Positions 31,723-43,257 of a stretch of 64,000 bases of DNA are shown piece after piece. The notes under the pieces are model-generated. The model was not told the origin of the DNA, searched no databases, and saw only the letters and a list, made by a program, of their open reading frames with translations. Each line of letters starts with the position of its first letter. The stretch's first letter is position 1. The DNA lies in the NCBI GenBank assembly GCA_025057315.1, contig JANWXW010000079.1:3434-67433 (forward strand), in the 5' to 3' direction. This DNA comes from Myxococcota bacterium. GTDB taxonomy: Bacteria > Myxococcota_A > Polyangia > Palsa-1104 > JAEUJZ01. The position numbers and the translations under genes were made by a program.

Positions 31723-31922
31723 GCAAGCCCCCGGAGCATTCCAAGGGATATGATTCCAACTGGAAGCTGGGTAGGTCTGCAACCGAATCTACGGGACCTC
31801 TATGTCGGTGTGGGGCTGATCCGAGGGGCCAGTTCACGCTGGGGGCATCGAACAAACCGGTCGAGGATGGGGCGAACCTCGGGTCGGTTGGTTTCATCCA
31901 TCCATCATCGAGTTCACCGGAT

Positions 31923-34496
31923 TCATTGGTAGGGATCGCGCAGTTCGCCGTCCAGCACCGGGACCGGCGCTGGGGCACCTGCGGGTGGGGCCGCGGCAAC
32001 TGGCGGACGGCCTACGGGTCGCACGGAGGGAGCTGGCGGTGGCACTGGCTGCTCCAGGGGACCGCGCAGGGGTGGAATGGAGGTATCCGCTCTGCGGGCC
32101 GCCAAGCGCTCCGGCGGCAGGACAGGCACTCCTTCTGGCGACCCCGTAGAGCTCGCCGCCGGGGGCGCTGGCTCCGCCGTGGCAGCGGGGGCGCGGTCGG
32201 GCTGGGGCGGCGGGGTCGACTGCCCAGGCTGCGCAGGCTCGGGGTGGACGCGCGGCTCGGCAGCCGGCGGTGGGGAGGGCTCGGCGGGGGGAGGCACCGA
32301 TGGCGATGCGGCTGCCGTCGGGCCGTGGGGCAGGCGAGCCTCGCGCTGGAGAATCAGCACGGACAGAGCCCCGACGGCTCCCGACAACACCCCTGTCACG
32401 ATGACCAGGACCAGGGTCTGCCACAGCGTCAGCAGACCGCCCGCGGCAGCGGCTGGGCCACCTCCTCCACCGGACAGAGGCACTCTCACATCGGCGGCGC
32501 CTGCTGCGGACATGACCGGCGGGGGGAAGATCGTATCCGAGGCCGAGGGGGGGGCTTGCTCGGAGCCCACCGTCAGGTGGGAGGCGGACTGGCGCGGCCC
32601 AGCCTGGGTCGTCTGGTGGACGTCGATGACCGGCAGGGCCATCGCGGGCCGGCTTGGGGGTGGCGGCGCCGGCTCCAAGGGGGCCTGAGGGCGCAACTGT
32701 GCGCCTGGGGCCACAGAGGCGGCCTGGTGCAGCATGGCAATCTGCTGTGCCGTCTGCGCCGCGCGGGTCGTCTCCTGCGCCAGCAGGGTGGTGGCCTCTG
32801 TCGCTGCCTGCCGGCCCTGCTCGGCTGGTTGGGGGGGGTGCTGGGCCATCTCCCGCGGCTGCTCCGGCTCGGACCGTGCCTCCTGGTGCCGCGCAGCGAC
32901 CTCCCCTTGGGGTGTCTCCGCCTTCTGCACGGCGTGTCCGGCGGCCCCCCGCTCTTGCTGGGGACACCCATCTGTCCTGGGCCGTGCCTCCCTGGCCAGC
33001 GCTGCAGCCCTGTGCATCTCCCCGGCTCGCCGTGGCTCCTCTCTATCGGCCTCTTGACCTGCCTGCTCTGCCTCCTCCGCTGGGGGCAGCAGGGTCCGCG
33101 CTTGGGTCTCGGTCTGCACCAGCCGCTCGGCTTGCCCCGAACCCCCCCGGCTCGGCGTGGCACGTTCGGCCTCCAGACGTTCCTGGTCCGTTGCCGGTGC
33201 GGCTGGTGGCTCGGCGCCCGCGGGGGGTGGGGGGGTAAGCTCGGGGCGCATCTCGCCGCCGGCCGCCATCGCGCCAGCCTGGTGCACCGTCCGCTGTCCG
33301 GCTTGCGTGTCTGCCCGCAGGCGCGACAGATCGCGGGCGCGCAGCGTGCCCTTGGGGACACGACCCACAGAGGCATCGAGTGGGATCGGCGGCGGCCGCG
33401 CGTGGGAGGCGCTGGCCTTGGCCGGATGTGACCCGCTGCTAAGTGGCGGATGCGCACCACTGGCCTTCGCGGCAGGAGGGCCTGCGCTGGCGGGCCTCGG
33501 CGTTCCGCTGCCTTGTCGTAGCGCGGCTCGCACCTGTTCCATGTCCGCATCGCTGACAGAGCAGAGCGTGGGCAACTCGACGCCGGCCCCGGCATAACAC
33601 TGGCGCATCGCCGCCACGAAGCGTTCCAGGGTCGGAATGCGCGCCTCCTTCTGATATGCGCAGGCGCCGGCAATGACCACATCCAGTCCGACGAGTAGCT
33701 CCGGCGGGACACCCATCTCCTTGGGTGTGGTGAGGCGGGGCGGAGGCTCTTTCAGACGCTTTAGCACGGCGGTGCGGTCCGGGCCCGCAAAGGCCGCCTG
33801 TCCGGCAAGACACTCGTAGAGGATGGCCCCAAGGGCAAAGATGTCGGCGGCGCTATCGGGCTCCGCCCCGCGCTCGAGCGTCTGTTCGGGCGCCATGTAG
33901 GCCAGGTGCGAAAGCGGCAGCTCGTCCTCCATGCGCCCGGGTAGCAGGCGGAGGTGGTGCAGCGCCCCATCGACCAGCAGGGGCTGTCCCGCCACCGCGT
34001 TGCGGGTCGGTGCGCTAGGGAGAAAGATGTTTTCCGGCCTGAGGTCTCCGTGCCGGACGCCCGCCAGGTGTGCCTCATGGAGCGCACGGGCAATCGCTGT
34101 GATGATGGCCCCTGCTGTAGGGGCAGCGAGCGACCCGCGGAGTAGCCGCTGCCGGAGCGTCTCTCCAAAGAGGAGCTCGGAGACCAGAAACGGCGCCCCA
34201 TCGGGGGCCAGACCCAGCTCCATCGGCACGAAGCCAAGGCGCGCCAGACGCTCCAGGATGCGCTGGTCCTCACGAAAGCGGGCCACGCGCTCGGGGCTGA
34301 CCCGCAAGGGTCTGTGCAGCAGCTTCACCGCACAGGGCGTCCTGCGGTCCAGGTGCCAGGCCCCGTAGGTCACTCCGGTGCTCCCCCGACCGATGAAGCT
34401 GTCGAGCCGATAGATGCCGCACAGGACGGTACCGACGCGGGCTGGGGGCGGGACGTCGGGACCGTTGAGCCAGCTCGGGGTTGGTTCCATATTCAT
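31923..34496 (-). CDS. Membrane Ser/Thr protein kinase-like protein with degenerate catalytic motifs
   Basis: GRGSTG loop, AVK, HGDLRPEN, DGA in place of DFG, YMAPEQ, DIFALG; Pro/Ala-rich linker, TM, C-terminal LRDPYQ. Confidence 0.8.
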   Translation of the reverse strand: MNMEPTPSWLNGPDVPPPARVGTVLCGIYRLDSFIGRGSTGVTYGAWHLDRRTPCAVKLLHRPLRVSPERVARFREDQRILERLARLGFVPMELGLAPDGAPFLVSELLFGETLRQRLLRGSLAAPTAGAIITAIARALHEAHLAGVRHGDLRPENIFLPSAPTRNAVAGQPLLVDGALHHLRLLPGRMEDELPLSHLAYMAPEQTLERGAEPDSAADIFALGAILYECLAGQAAFAGPDRTAVLKRLKEPPPRLTTPKEMGVPPELLVGLDVVIAGACAYQKEARIPTLERFVAAMRQCYAGAGVELPTLCSVSDADMEQVRAALRQGSGTPRPASAGPPAAKASGAHPPLSSGSHPAKASASHARPPPIPLDASVGRVPKGTLRARDLSRLRADTQAGQRTVHQAGAMAAGGEMRPELTPPPPAGAEPPAAPATDQERLEAERATPSRGGSGQAERLVQTETQARTLLPPAEEAEQAGQEADREEPRRAGEMHRAAALAREARPRTDGCPQQERGAAGHAVQKAETPQGEVAARHQEARSEPEQPREMAQHPPQPAEQGRQAATEATTLLAQETTRAAQTAQQIAMLHQAASVAPGAQLRPQAPLEPAPPPPSRPAMALPVIDVHQTTQAGPRQSASHLTVGSEQAPPSASDTIFPPPVMSAAGAADVRVPLSGGGGGPAAAAGGLLTLWQTLVLVIVTGVLSGAVGALSVLILQREARLPHGPTAAASPSVPPPAEPSPPPAAEPRVHPEPAQPGQSTPPPQPDRAPAATAEPAPPAASSTGSPEGVPVLPPERLAARRADTSIPPLRGPLEQPVPPPAPSVRPVGRPPVAAAPPAGAPAPVPVLDGELRDPYQ

Positions 34497-34589
34497 GGTA
34501 GGTGAGCCTGGAGGTACAAAAGGGCCAACGCTACAATATCATGGCGAGTCTTTTGCGATCCATGGGCTTGTCTTGCGCATGAGGGCTTT

Positions 34590-35934
<1,345 letters not shown>

Positions 35935-35963
<29 letters not shown>

Positions 35964-38388
35964 CCGATGCTGGGACACCCGCAGGCGGTCCATCCGGTAG
36001 GGGCACCGATGCGGCCCCCTGCACATCAGATATGTCCAGACGCAGCGGGGGGACCGCTTCCTCTAGCACCGCCTCTACCGCTTGCCCAATCTGTTTCACA
36101 AACACAAACTGGAGCTCTTGCGTGACCTCTGGCGGCACGTCCACCAGGTCTTTGCGGTTGCGCTCTGGCAAGACGACACGGCGGATGCCAGCGCGGTGGG
36201 CGGCGAGCACCTTCTCCTTGATGCCTCCTACGGGCAGCACGGCGCCGCGCAGCGTGATCTCTCCGGTCATCGCCACATCAGAGCGCACACGTCGCTGTGT
36301 CAGCAGCGAGACGATGGCCGCCACCATCGCCACCCCGGCGGACGGTCCGTCCTTGGGCACACCGCCCTGCGGCACATGCAGATGGATGTCGAGGTGCTCA
36401 AAGAACTCTGGCTGGAGCCCGAGCTGGGCCGCGTGGGCCCGCACCCAGGACAGCGCGGCCTGGGCTGACTCTTTCATGACTGCCCCAAGGTGTCCGGTCA
36501 GGTGGAGGTTGCCCTTGCCCTGCATCCCGCTGGCTTCGACAAAGAGCAGGTCTCCGCCGGCGGGGGTCCAGGCCAGACCCGTGGCCACACCCGGGTGCTC
36601 CAGCTGCTCGGCCAGCTCCGGCTGATAACGCGGCGGGCCGAGTAGCTCGGCAAGCAGGTCTGGCTCGATCTGCCGCGGCACCTCTTCATTGGAGGCAACC
36701 TTCATGGCCACGCCGCGAATGACGGCGGCCAGCTCCCGCTCCAGGTTCCTGACGCCCGCCTCGCGGGTGTAACGTTCGATGATTGCGTCGATGGCAGCGG
36801 GGGTAAAGCTTACTTCCTCCACTCGCAGCCCATGCTCCTTGAGCTGCTTGGGGATAAGATGCTGCTGGGCGATGGCGCGCTTCTCGCTTTGGGTGTAGCC
36901 GGGGATCTCGATGACCTCCATCCGGTCCAACAGCGCCGGCGGGATTGTCTCTAACCTGTTGGCTGTGCCGATGAAGATCACCTCCGAGAGGTCGAAGGGG
37001 ACCTCCAGGTAGTGGTCACTGAAGCTGTTGTTCTGCTCCGGGTCCAGGACTTCCAGCAGCGCTGCGCTGGGGTCTCCGCGATGGTCCGAGCCCAGCTTGT
37101 CGATCTCATCGAGCAGCATGACCGGGTTGCGCGTACCAGCCCGCTTCATGGCTTGGATGATGCGGCCCGGCAGAGCCCCGATGTATGTCCGGCGGTGACC
37201 GCGCACTTCGGCCTCGTCCCGCACACCGCCGAGCGACATGCGCACAAACTCCCGCCCCAGCGCCCTGGCTACCGAGCGCCCCAACGACGTCTTGCCGACA
37301 CCCGGAGGGCCGACCAGGCACAGGATGGGGCCCTTCTTATGGGGGGCTAGTTTGCGGACGGCAAGGTATTCAAGGAACCTCTTTTTGACCTTATCCAGGC
37401 CATGGTGGTCCTCTTCCAGAATGGTGCGTGCCTCCTGCAGGTCAATGCGGTCCTCGGTGCGCCGGGACCATGGGAGGTCACACAACCACTCCAGGTAGGT
37501 CCGCTGTACGGTGTACTCAGGCGCTGCGGGGACCATCTGCCGGATGCGGGCGAGCTGCCGCCGGGCGACCTTCTCGACCTCTGGGGGCATCCCGGCCTTG
37601 GCGATGCGCTCCTCGAACTGCTCCAGGTCATCGTCCTGGCGGCCCTCTCCGAGTTCTTCCTGAATCGCCTTTAGGCTCTGGCGCAGTACGGCCTCGCGCT
37701 GCTGCCGCGACATTTCCTCGCGCACCTGGCCATCGATCCGCTCCTTGAGCCGGATGACCTCAATGCGACGCTGCACCTGCTGCAGCGTCAGCTCCAGGCG
37801 ACGGCGGATGTTCAGCTCCTGGAGCAACTCGATCATTTCAGGCAGTGGGATGTCCAGCTGGGCAGCAACCAGGTCCGCCATCAAGCTGGGGCTATTGACG
37901 TCGGCAATCGCCGGTACCAGCTCGCGCGCAATTTTGGGCAAAGATTCTCCCAATTTTGCGACCGTATCGCGCAGGGACAGCATAAGCGCCTGGGACTCCA
38001 GCTCCTCCGCCCCCACCTCCTTAAGGGCGATTGTGCGGGCCACCAGGTAAGGCTCGCTGTAGAGCACCTCCATCCCACGCCGGACCACACCCCGCAGCAC
38101 GGCCGTGACCCGATCGGGTCCCACGCGGATGAGCTTCATCAGCTCGGCTTCGACCACCACGGGATGCAGATCAGCAGCCTCAGGGTCTTCGACCTCCGGG
38201 CTCCTCTGCGTGGCCACCAGCAACCGGGGGGGGCGTTGCTTCACGACATCATCGAGGAGCCGGAGGGACCCACGGCGCCCCACCTCGATGGGCATCATGG
38301 AGCCCGGCAGCAAGACGAGGTTGCGCAGCGGCAGCACCGGCAGCTCGACTGGGACTGGATTGTCGTCTTCGCGCTTGATGGTGGACAT
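35935..38388 (-). CDS. lon: ATP-dependent protease La
   Basis: LPVLPLRN LON domain, Walker A GPPGVGKT, LLDEIDK, PKDGPSAG (Ser), GGIKEK (Lys). Confidence 0.97.
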
Positions 38389-38632
38389 CGTTTCCTCGTG
38401 GCTCTGGCATGGACCTCCCGCCTTGCCCCCGCGCGGAGGGGGTGGGAGAGGCCCGTCTCCTCGCGGCCAGGGTGCGCAGGACGCAGCAGGAGACTTCCTT
38501 CATTTAAGGTAATCCGACCGCTCCGGCGCGCAACCCCGCCCTGTGGCGGGGCAGCCATGACAGCCAAATTTGCTGTAGGACAACCGACACGATACGCTGG
38601 AAGCGGGGCCAGAGTGATTGTATGACAAAGAA

Positions 38633-39088
38633 ATGAAGCGCCGTCCCGGCAGGCACCGAGGCCAGGATTCAGCTGCCGCGCTCCTGGGCGACGAGCCCGG
38701 GGGTCGGGTGGTGCGCTTGGAACATCTCCTGTTTGAGGAAGTCGACCGGCTCTTCCGCCTGGAGGTGGTCGACCGACGGGTGCAGTGTGTGGCCATCGTC
38801 GGCGTGCAGCTCAGCCCCGACCTGCGCAATGCCAAGGTCCGCTATGCGGTTCGCACCGGCCCATCGACGCCGCCGCAGCGCGACATTGATCAGGGCCTGG
38901 AGCGGATCCGTCCCTTCCTGCGCGCCCGGGTGGCAGAGGCCATCTCGCTCAAACGGGTGCCACAGCTGCACTTTCATCGCGACCGCTTGGCCGAGGCGTC
39001 GCTGCGTGCGGAACAAGTGCTCCAGCAAGAGCGGACCGCTCCCTTGCGCGCCCGTCTCGAACAGGAGCAAGAGGACAGATCCGGTTGA
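38633..39088 (+). CDS. rbfA: Ribosome-binding factor A-like protein (stand-alone, probable paralogue)
   Basis: RLEHLLFEEV...DRRV...V.LSPDLRNAKV...FLRARVAEAISLKRVPQLHFHRD matches the RbfA pattern; no infB/truB nearby. Confidence 0.7.
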   Translation: MKRRPGRHRGQDSAAALLGDEPGGRVVRLEHLLFEEVDRLFRLEVVDRRVQCVAIVGVQLSPDLRNAKVRYAVRTGPSTPPQRDIDQGLERIRPFLRARVAEAISLKRVPQLHFHRDRLAEASLRAEQVLQQERTAPLRARLEQEQEDRSG

Positions 39089-39166
39089 CAGGCCAGTGGC
39101 GATGCCGGGCCATGCGCCCGGCCCCCCTAAACAGGCAGCCCTTCGCGGCAGCAAGGGTGGTAGCCG

Positions 39167-40288
39167 CTACCCACGGCTCTGGGGAGGCATCAGCTGGACC
39201 TGAACCTCTACGGTACGACCATTGCGCAGCAACTTTAGCTTCGCTAGCTCGCCTGGCCGACGGAGCTCCAGCGCGGCGTCTAGGTCGTCCCGGCTGCGGA
39301 CTCGCCGGCCATCCACCTCTATGATTAGGTCACCAGGGACAATGCTTCCATCTGGCGCCTGCTCGGTGCCGCGCAGCCCCGCTGCCTCTGCCCCGCTGCC
39401 CGGGCTCACGCTCAGGATGAGTACGCCCTCAACGCCAAGCTGGTGGCCCACCAGGGCGCTCAGGCGGTCGTCCACCATCACGCCGAGCCGTGGCCTGACG
39501 ATGCGCCCGTACGCAATCAGCTGGGGCACCACGCGGTTGACCGTATCGACCGGCACCGCGAAGCCGATGCCGGCGCTTGAACCCGAGGGACTGTAGATGG
39601 CCGTGTTGACTCCGATGAGCCGGCCTGCGCTATCCAGAAGCGGGCCCCCGGAGTTGCCGGGGTTGATGGCAGCATCGGTCTGGATGACGTCCTCGATGGG
39701 CCTGCCGCTGACGCTGCGGATGGTGCGGCCCAGGGCAGAGACGATGCCAGTTGTTAGCGTGTGGTCTAGGCCGAACGGATTGCCAATGGCAAATACCTTC
39801 TGTCCCACTTGCAGGTCGGCACTGCGGCCCAGCGGCATGGGGGGGGGCACCTCGCGGCCAGCATCAATGCGCAACACCGCCAGATCGTACTCCAGTGCTA
39901 CACCAACCAGCTTGGCCGGATAGCGCCGCTGGCCAAGCAGGGTCACCTCGGCCCCGCTGGCTCCGGCGATTACGTGGGCGTTGGTGACCACGTGGCCTTC
40001 GGTGTCCCAGATAAAGCCCGATCCTGTCCCCTGAGGAATCTCGGTGACGTTGCGCGTCCACAGGTTCACACGGCGTGTCAGCGTCGTGATGAATACCACC
40101 GAGGGGCTGGCGGCTCGGAACAGCTCAATGGTGGCGCGTTCATCGGCAGCCAGGTCGCCGCGCGCTGTGATGGGCCGCGGCACAGCCGGCGGTGGCCCTC
40201 GATGGATGCGCAGCACCCCAAACAAGTAGTACCCCCCGATGAGGCCTACAACCAGGGCGAGCACGAGGGACACAGGGCGGATCTTCAT
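39167..40288 (-). CDS. HtrA/DegP-like trypsin serine protease with one PDZ domain
   Basis: N-terminal TM, GTGSGF, TNAH, YDLA, IQTDAAINPGNSGGPL, PDZ. Confidence 0.94.
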   Translation of the reverse strand: MKIRPVSLVLALVVGLIGGYYLFGVLRIHRGPPPAVPRPITARGDLAADERATIELFRAASPSVVFITTLTRRVNLWTRNVTEIPQGTGSGFIWDTEGHVVTNAHVIAGASGAEVTLLGQRRYPAKLVGVALEYDLAVLRIDAGREVPPPMPLGRSADLQVGQKVFAIGNPFGLDHTLTTGIVSALGRTIRSVSGRPIEDVIQTDAAINPGNSGGPLLDSAGRLIGVNTAIYSPSGSSAGIGFAVPVDTVNRVVPQLIAYGRIVRPRLGVMVDDRLSALVGHQLGVEGVLILSVSPGSGAEAAGLRGTEQAPDGSIVPGDLIIEVDGRRVRSRDDLDAALELRRPGELAKLKLLRNGRTVEVQVQLMPPQSRG

Positions 40289-40339
40289 GGCAAGTTCAGT
40301 CTATACGGGCCGAAGCAGCACATACTATCATGCTGTACC

Positions 40340-41914
40340 ATGTGGCCCTCACGACGTGCGTTCCTAGCCGCCGGGGGCGCGGGCGCGGCCCTGGCAATGG
40401 AGGCGGCCCTGCGCGGGCGCCTGGCGGAGGCGCGGGGCCTCCTTGTGGACTCGCTGCTCGCTGAGGTCACCGGACGAGCGCTGGATGCGGCCCGTCGGGC
40501 CGGCTGTAGCTATGCCGATGTGCGGGTTGTGCGGCGGCGCAGCGAGCGGATCTCGGCACGCGAGTCACGCATCGACGAGATCCATCTCCGCGAGGACTAC
40601 GGGCTTGGCGTGCGCGTGCTGCACGGTGGCGCCTGGGGCTTCGCCGCGACGGCACGGGTCTTGCCCCAGGAGGCTGCTCGGGTAGCTACGCAGGCGGTCG
40701 AGGTGGCCCGAGCGGGCCAGGCTGCTTTGCGCCGGCCCGTGCAGCTTGCCGCCAACCCGCCTCACGTCGACGTATGGCAGACGCCGCTCAGCAAGGATCC
40801 CTTTCGGATTCCGCTGCAAGACAAGGCCGATCTCCTGCTGGCGATCAACGCCGAGGCGATGAAGGTACCTGGCATTGCCTTCTGTACCTCGCACTACGCC
40901 GGCCTGTCGGAGTGGAAGCTGTTCCGCTCCAGCGAGGGGGCTGACATCGAGCAGAGCATCACCCGCGTGGGACCGGGCTACCGCGTCACCGCTGTGGACC
41001 GTCGTAGCGGGGAGTTCGAGACGAGAGACCACGACCTGCCCCCCATGCAGGCGGGCTGGGAGTATGTCGTGGAGGCGCCCCTTCTGCGCGATGCACGGCG
41101 CATCGGGGAGGAGGCGCTGGAGAAGCTGAGGGCGCCCTCGGTGACGCCTGGTGTGCGCGACCTGGTGTTGCACCCCAGCCACCTGTGGCTCACAATCCAC
41201 GAGTCAGTGGGTCACCCGACAGAGCTGGATCGCGCCCTGGGTTATGAGGCCAATTTCGCCGGCACTTCTTTTGCAACCCCGGACCAGCTCGGACGCCTCC
41301 AGTTCGCTGCACCGCTGGTTACGCTCTACGCTGACAAGACCACGCCGGGGGGCCTTGCCACCTGCGGCTACGACGACGAGGGCGTGAAGACCCAACGATG
41401 GGACCTGGTCCGCAACGGCCTCTTTGTGGCCTACCAGACCACCCGCGAGCAAGCGGGCTGGATCGGTGAGCAGGCCTCACGCGGAACCAGCTATGCGCAG
41501 GACCATCGATCTATACCCATCCAGCGCATGCCCAATGTCTCCTTGGCTCCTGGCGAGCGAGAGTTGGGGGTTCAAGATCTCATATCTGCCACCGAGGATG
41601 GCATCTATATCGTCGGTCATGGCTCATTCTCCATTGACCATCAACGGCACAATTTTCAATTTGGTGGTCAGATGTTCTATGAGATCAAAAAGGGCCGCAT
41701 CGTGCGCACGCTGCGAGATGTAGCCTATCAGGCTAGCACGCTCCAGTTCTGGCGCTCGTGTGACCTGCTGGGTGGACCGGCCTCATGGCAACTCCATGGC
41801 TCGCTGTTTGACGGCAAGGGAGAGCCAGGACAGGCCAACGCCGTAAGCCACGGCTGTCCGCCGGCGCGCTTCCGGCGTGTGAATGTCCTTAGCACGAATC
41901 GGCGCAGGGGATAA
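40340..41914 (+). CDS. tldD: TldD-family metalloprotease with a twin-arginine signal
   Basis: Start MWPSRRAFL at ATG 40340; YADVR, GLGVRVL.GGAWGFA, HESVGH zinc motif, RMPNVSL, C-terminal GCP. Confidence 0.9.
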   Translation: MWPSRRAFLAAGGAGAALAMEAALRGRLAEARGLLVDSLLAEVTGRALDAARRAGCSYADVRVVRRRSERISARESRIDEIHLREDYGLGVRVLHGGAWGFAATARVLPQEAARVATQAVEVARAGQAALRRPVQLAANPPHVDVWQTPLSKDPFRIPLQDKADLLLAINAEAMKVPGIAFCTSHYAGLSEWKLFRSSEGADIEQSITRVGPGYRVTAVDRRSGEFETRDHDLPPMQAGWEYVVEAPLLRDARRIGEEALEKLRAPSVTPGVRDLVLHPSHLWLTIHESVGHPTELDRALGYEANFAGTSFATPDQLGRLQFAAPLVTLYADKTTPGGLATCGYDDEGVKTQRWDLVRNGLFVAYQTTREQAGWIGEQASRGTSYAQDHRSIPIQRMPNVSLAPGERELGVQDLISATEDGIYIVGHGSFSIDHQRHNFQFGGQMFYEIKKGRIVRTLRDVAYQASTLQFWRSCDLLGGPASWQLHGSLFDGKGEPGQANAVSHGCPPARFRRVNVLSTNRRRG

Positions 41915-41915
41915 G

Positions 41916-43256
41916 ATGCCGCTGTCTGATGCGCAGGCCCGCCAGATCCTAGATGCTGCACTTGCCGCGGCAAGGAGGGTGGACGCTGGCGCTGAGTCGG
42001 TGGTGACGCTGCACGGGGGCCGGCAAGGTCACACCCGCTTTGGCCGGAACGAGATCACAACTGCCGGGGAGGTGGACGAGGTCACCGTGACGATTGCCAT
42101 CCAGCGCGCTCGACGGCGCGCGGCGGCGAGCACCAACCAGACCGATCCGGCCTCGCTGCGGGCGACTGCGGAGGCTGCTGGTCGCATGGTCCAGCTGGCC
42201 CCGGAGGATCCGGAGGTGCTGCCGGTGCTGGGGCCACAACGCTACGCGAAGGTGGAGGCGCATGACCCGGCCGTGGCACGTCTGTCTCCAGCGGATCGCT
42301 CCGCCGCCGTCGCCCAGGTGATTGCCCTGGCCGAGTCAGCGGGACTGCAGGTGGCTGGTTTCTTGGGGCACAGCGAAACCGTGCTGGCCGTGGCCACCTC
42401 GGCTGGGCTGCGAGCGCTGCACCGCGAGACCCGCCTTTCCTTCAGCGTGACGGCACGTACCCCAGATGGCACGGGGTCGGGTCGGGCGGCTGCGATCAGT
42501 CATGCCCTCCGCGACGTGGATCCTGTGGCCCTGGGCCGCAAGGCGGTCGAGCGCGCCCAGCGATCGCGCCGTCCAGCCCGCCTAGAGCCCGGGCGCTACA
42601 CGGTGGTGCTGGAGGAGGAGGCAGTCGGCGACTTGTTGGCCTTTTTAACGATGTCCCTCGATGCCCGCTCGGCCGATGAGGGACGCTCTTTCTTCACCCG
42701 CGCCGGCGGCGGCAACCGCCTCGGTGAGCGTCTGTTCCCAGAACACATCACGCTGCGCGCCGACCCGTCCAACCGCCAAACCCCCGCCGCGCCGTTTGAT
42801 GCCGAGGGTTTGCCCCTGGCGCCACTTGTGATCATCGAGCGCGGGGTGCTAAGAACGCTGCTTTACTCGCGCTTCTGGGCCCAACGTCAAGGCCGCCAGC
42901 CCACCGGCGAGCCGCGTGTCTACCACTTGCTCGGCGGTACCGCGACGCCCTCGGACCTGATCGCGGGCGTCCGCCGCGGCGTGCTCATCAGCCGCCTGTG
43001 GTACCTGCGTTGGCTGGAGCCGCAGAGCCTGCTTGTGACCGGCCTGACCCGTGACGGCGTGTTCCTCATCGAGGACGGACAGATCGCGGGCCCGGTGAAC
43101 AACTTTCGCTTCAACGACAGCCCGGTCAACATGTTGCGCAACGCCGATGCGCTGTCGCGGGACACCCTGCGGACCGAGGGAACGGCCGGCCACCTGCGTG
43201 TGCCCGCCCTGCGCACCCATGACTTTCACCTCTCCTCCATCTCGGAGGCAATATAA
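41916..43256 (+). CDS. tldE: TldE/PmbA-family protein
   Basis: TRFGRNEI, LEPGRYTVVLE, PFDAEG, TGLTRDGVFLIEDG, NFRFNDSP; starts 1 bp after the tldD stop. Confidence 0.88.
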   Translation: MPLSDAQARQILDAALAAARRVDAGAESVVTLHGGRQGHTRFGRNEITTAGEVDEVTVTIAIQRARRRAAASTNQTDPASLRATAEAAGRMVQLAPEDPEVLPVLGPQRYAKVEAHDPAVARLSPADRSAAVAQVIALAESAGLQVAGFLGHSETVLAVATSAGLRALHRETRLSFSVTARTPDGTGSGRAAAISHALRDVDPVALGRKAVERAQRSRRPARLEPGRYTVVLEEEAVGDLLAFLTMSLDARSADEGRSFFTRAGGGNRLGERLFPEHITLRADPSNRQTPAAPFDAEGLPLAPLVIIERGVLRTLLYSRFWAQRQGRQPTGEPRVYHLLGGTATPSDLIAGVRRGVLISRLWYLRWLEPQSLLVTGLTRDGVFLIEDGQIAGPVNNFRFNDSPVNMLRNADALSRDTLRTEGTAGHLRVPALRTHDFHLSSISEAI

Positions 43257-43257
43257 C

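Noticed and set aside
31926..33431. Long antisense or alternate-frame ORFs here and throughout (e.g. 6914-8365, 45397-46650)
   Set aside because: Shadow ORFs expected in GC-rich DNA; they overlap well-supported genes and carry no motifs
38534..38551. Perfect hairpin CCCCGCC-CTGT-GGCGGGG between lon and the rbfA-like gene
   Set aside because: Short GC-only stem between divergent genes with no U-tract; could easily be chance
39809..40339. N-terminal 177 aa of the 701-aa ORF, suggesting a long TldD fusion
   Set aside because: It overlaps htrA in antisense; the TldD-like sequence and Tat motif begin at ATG 40340
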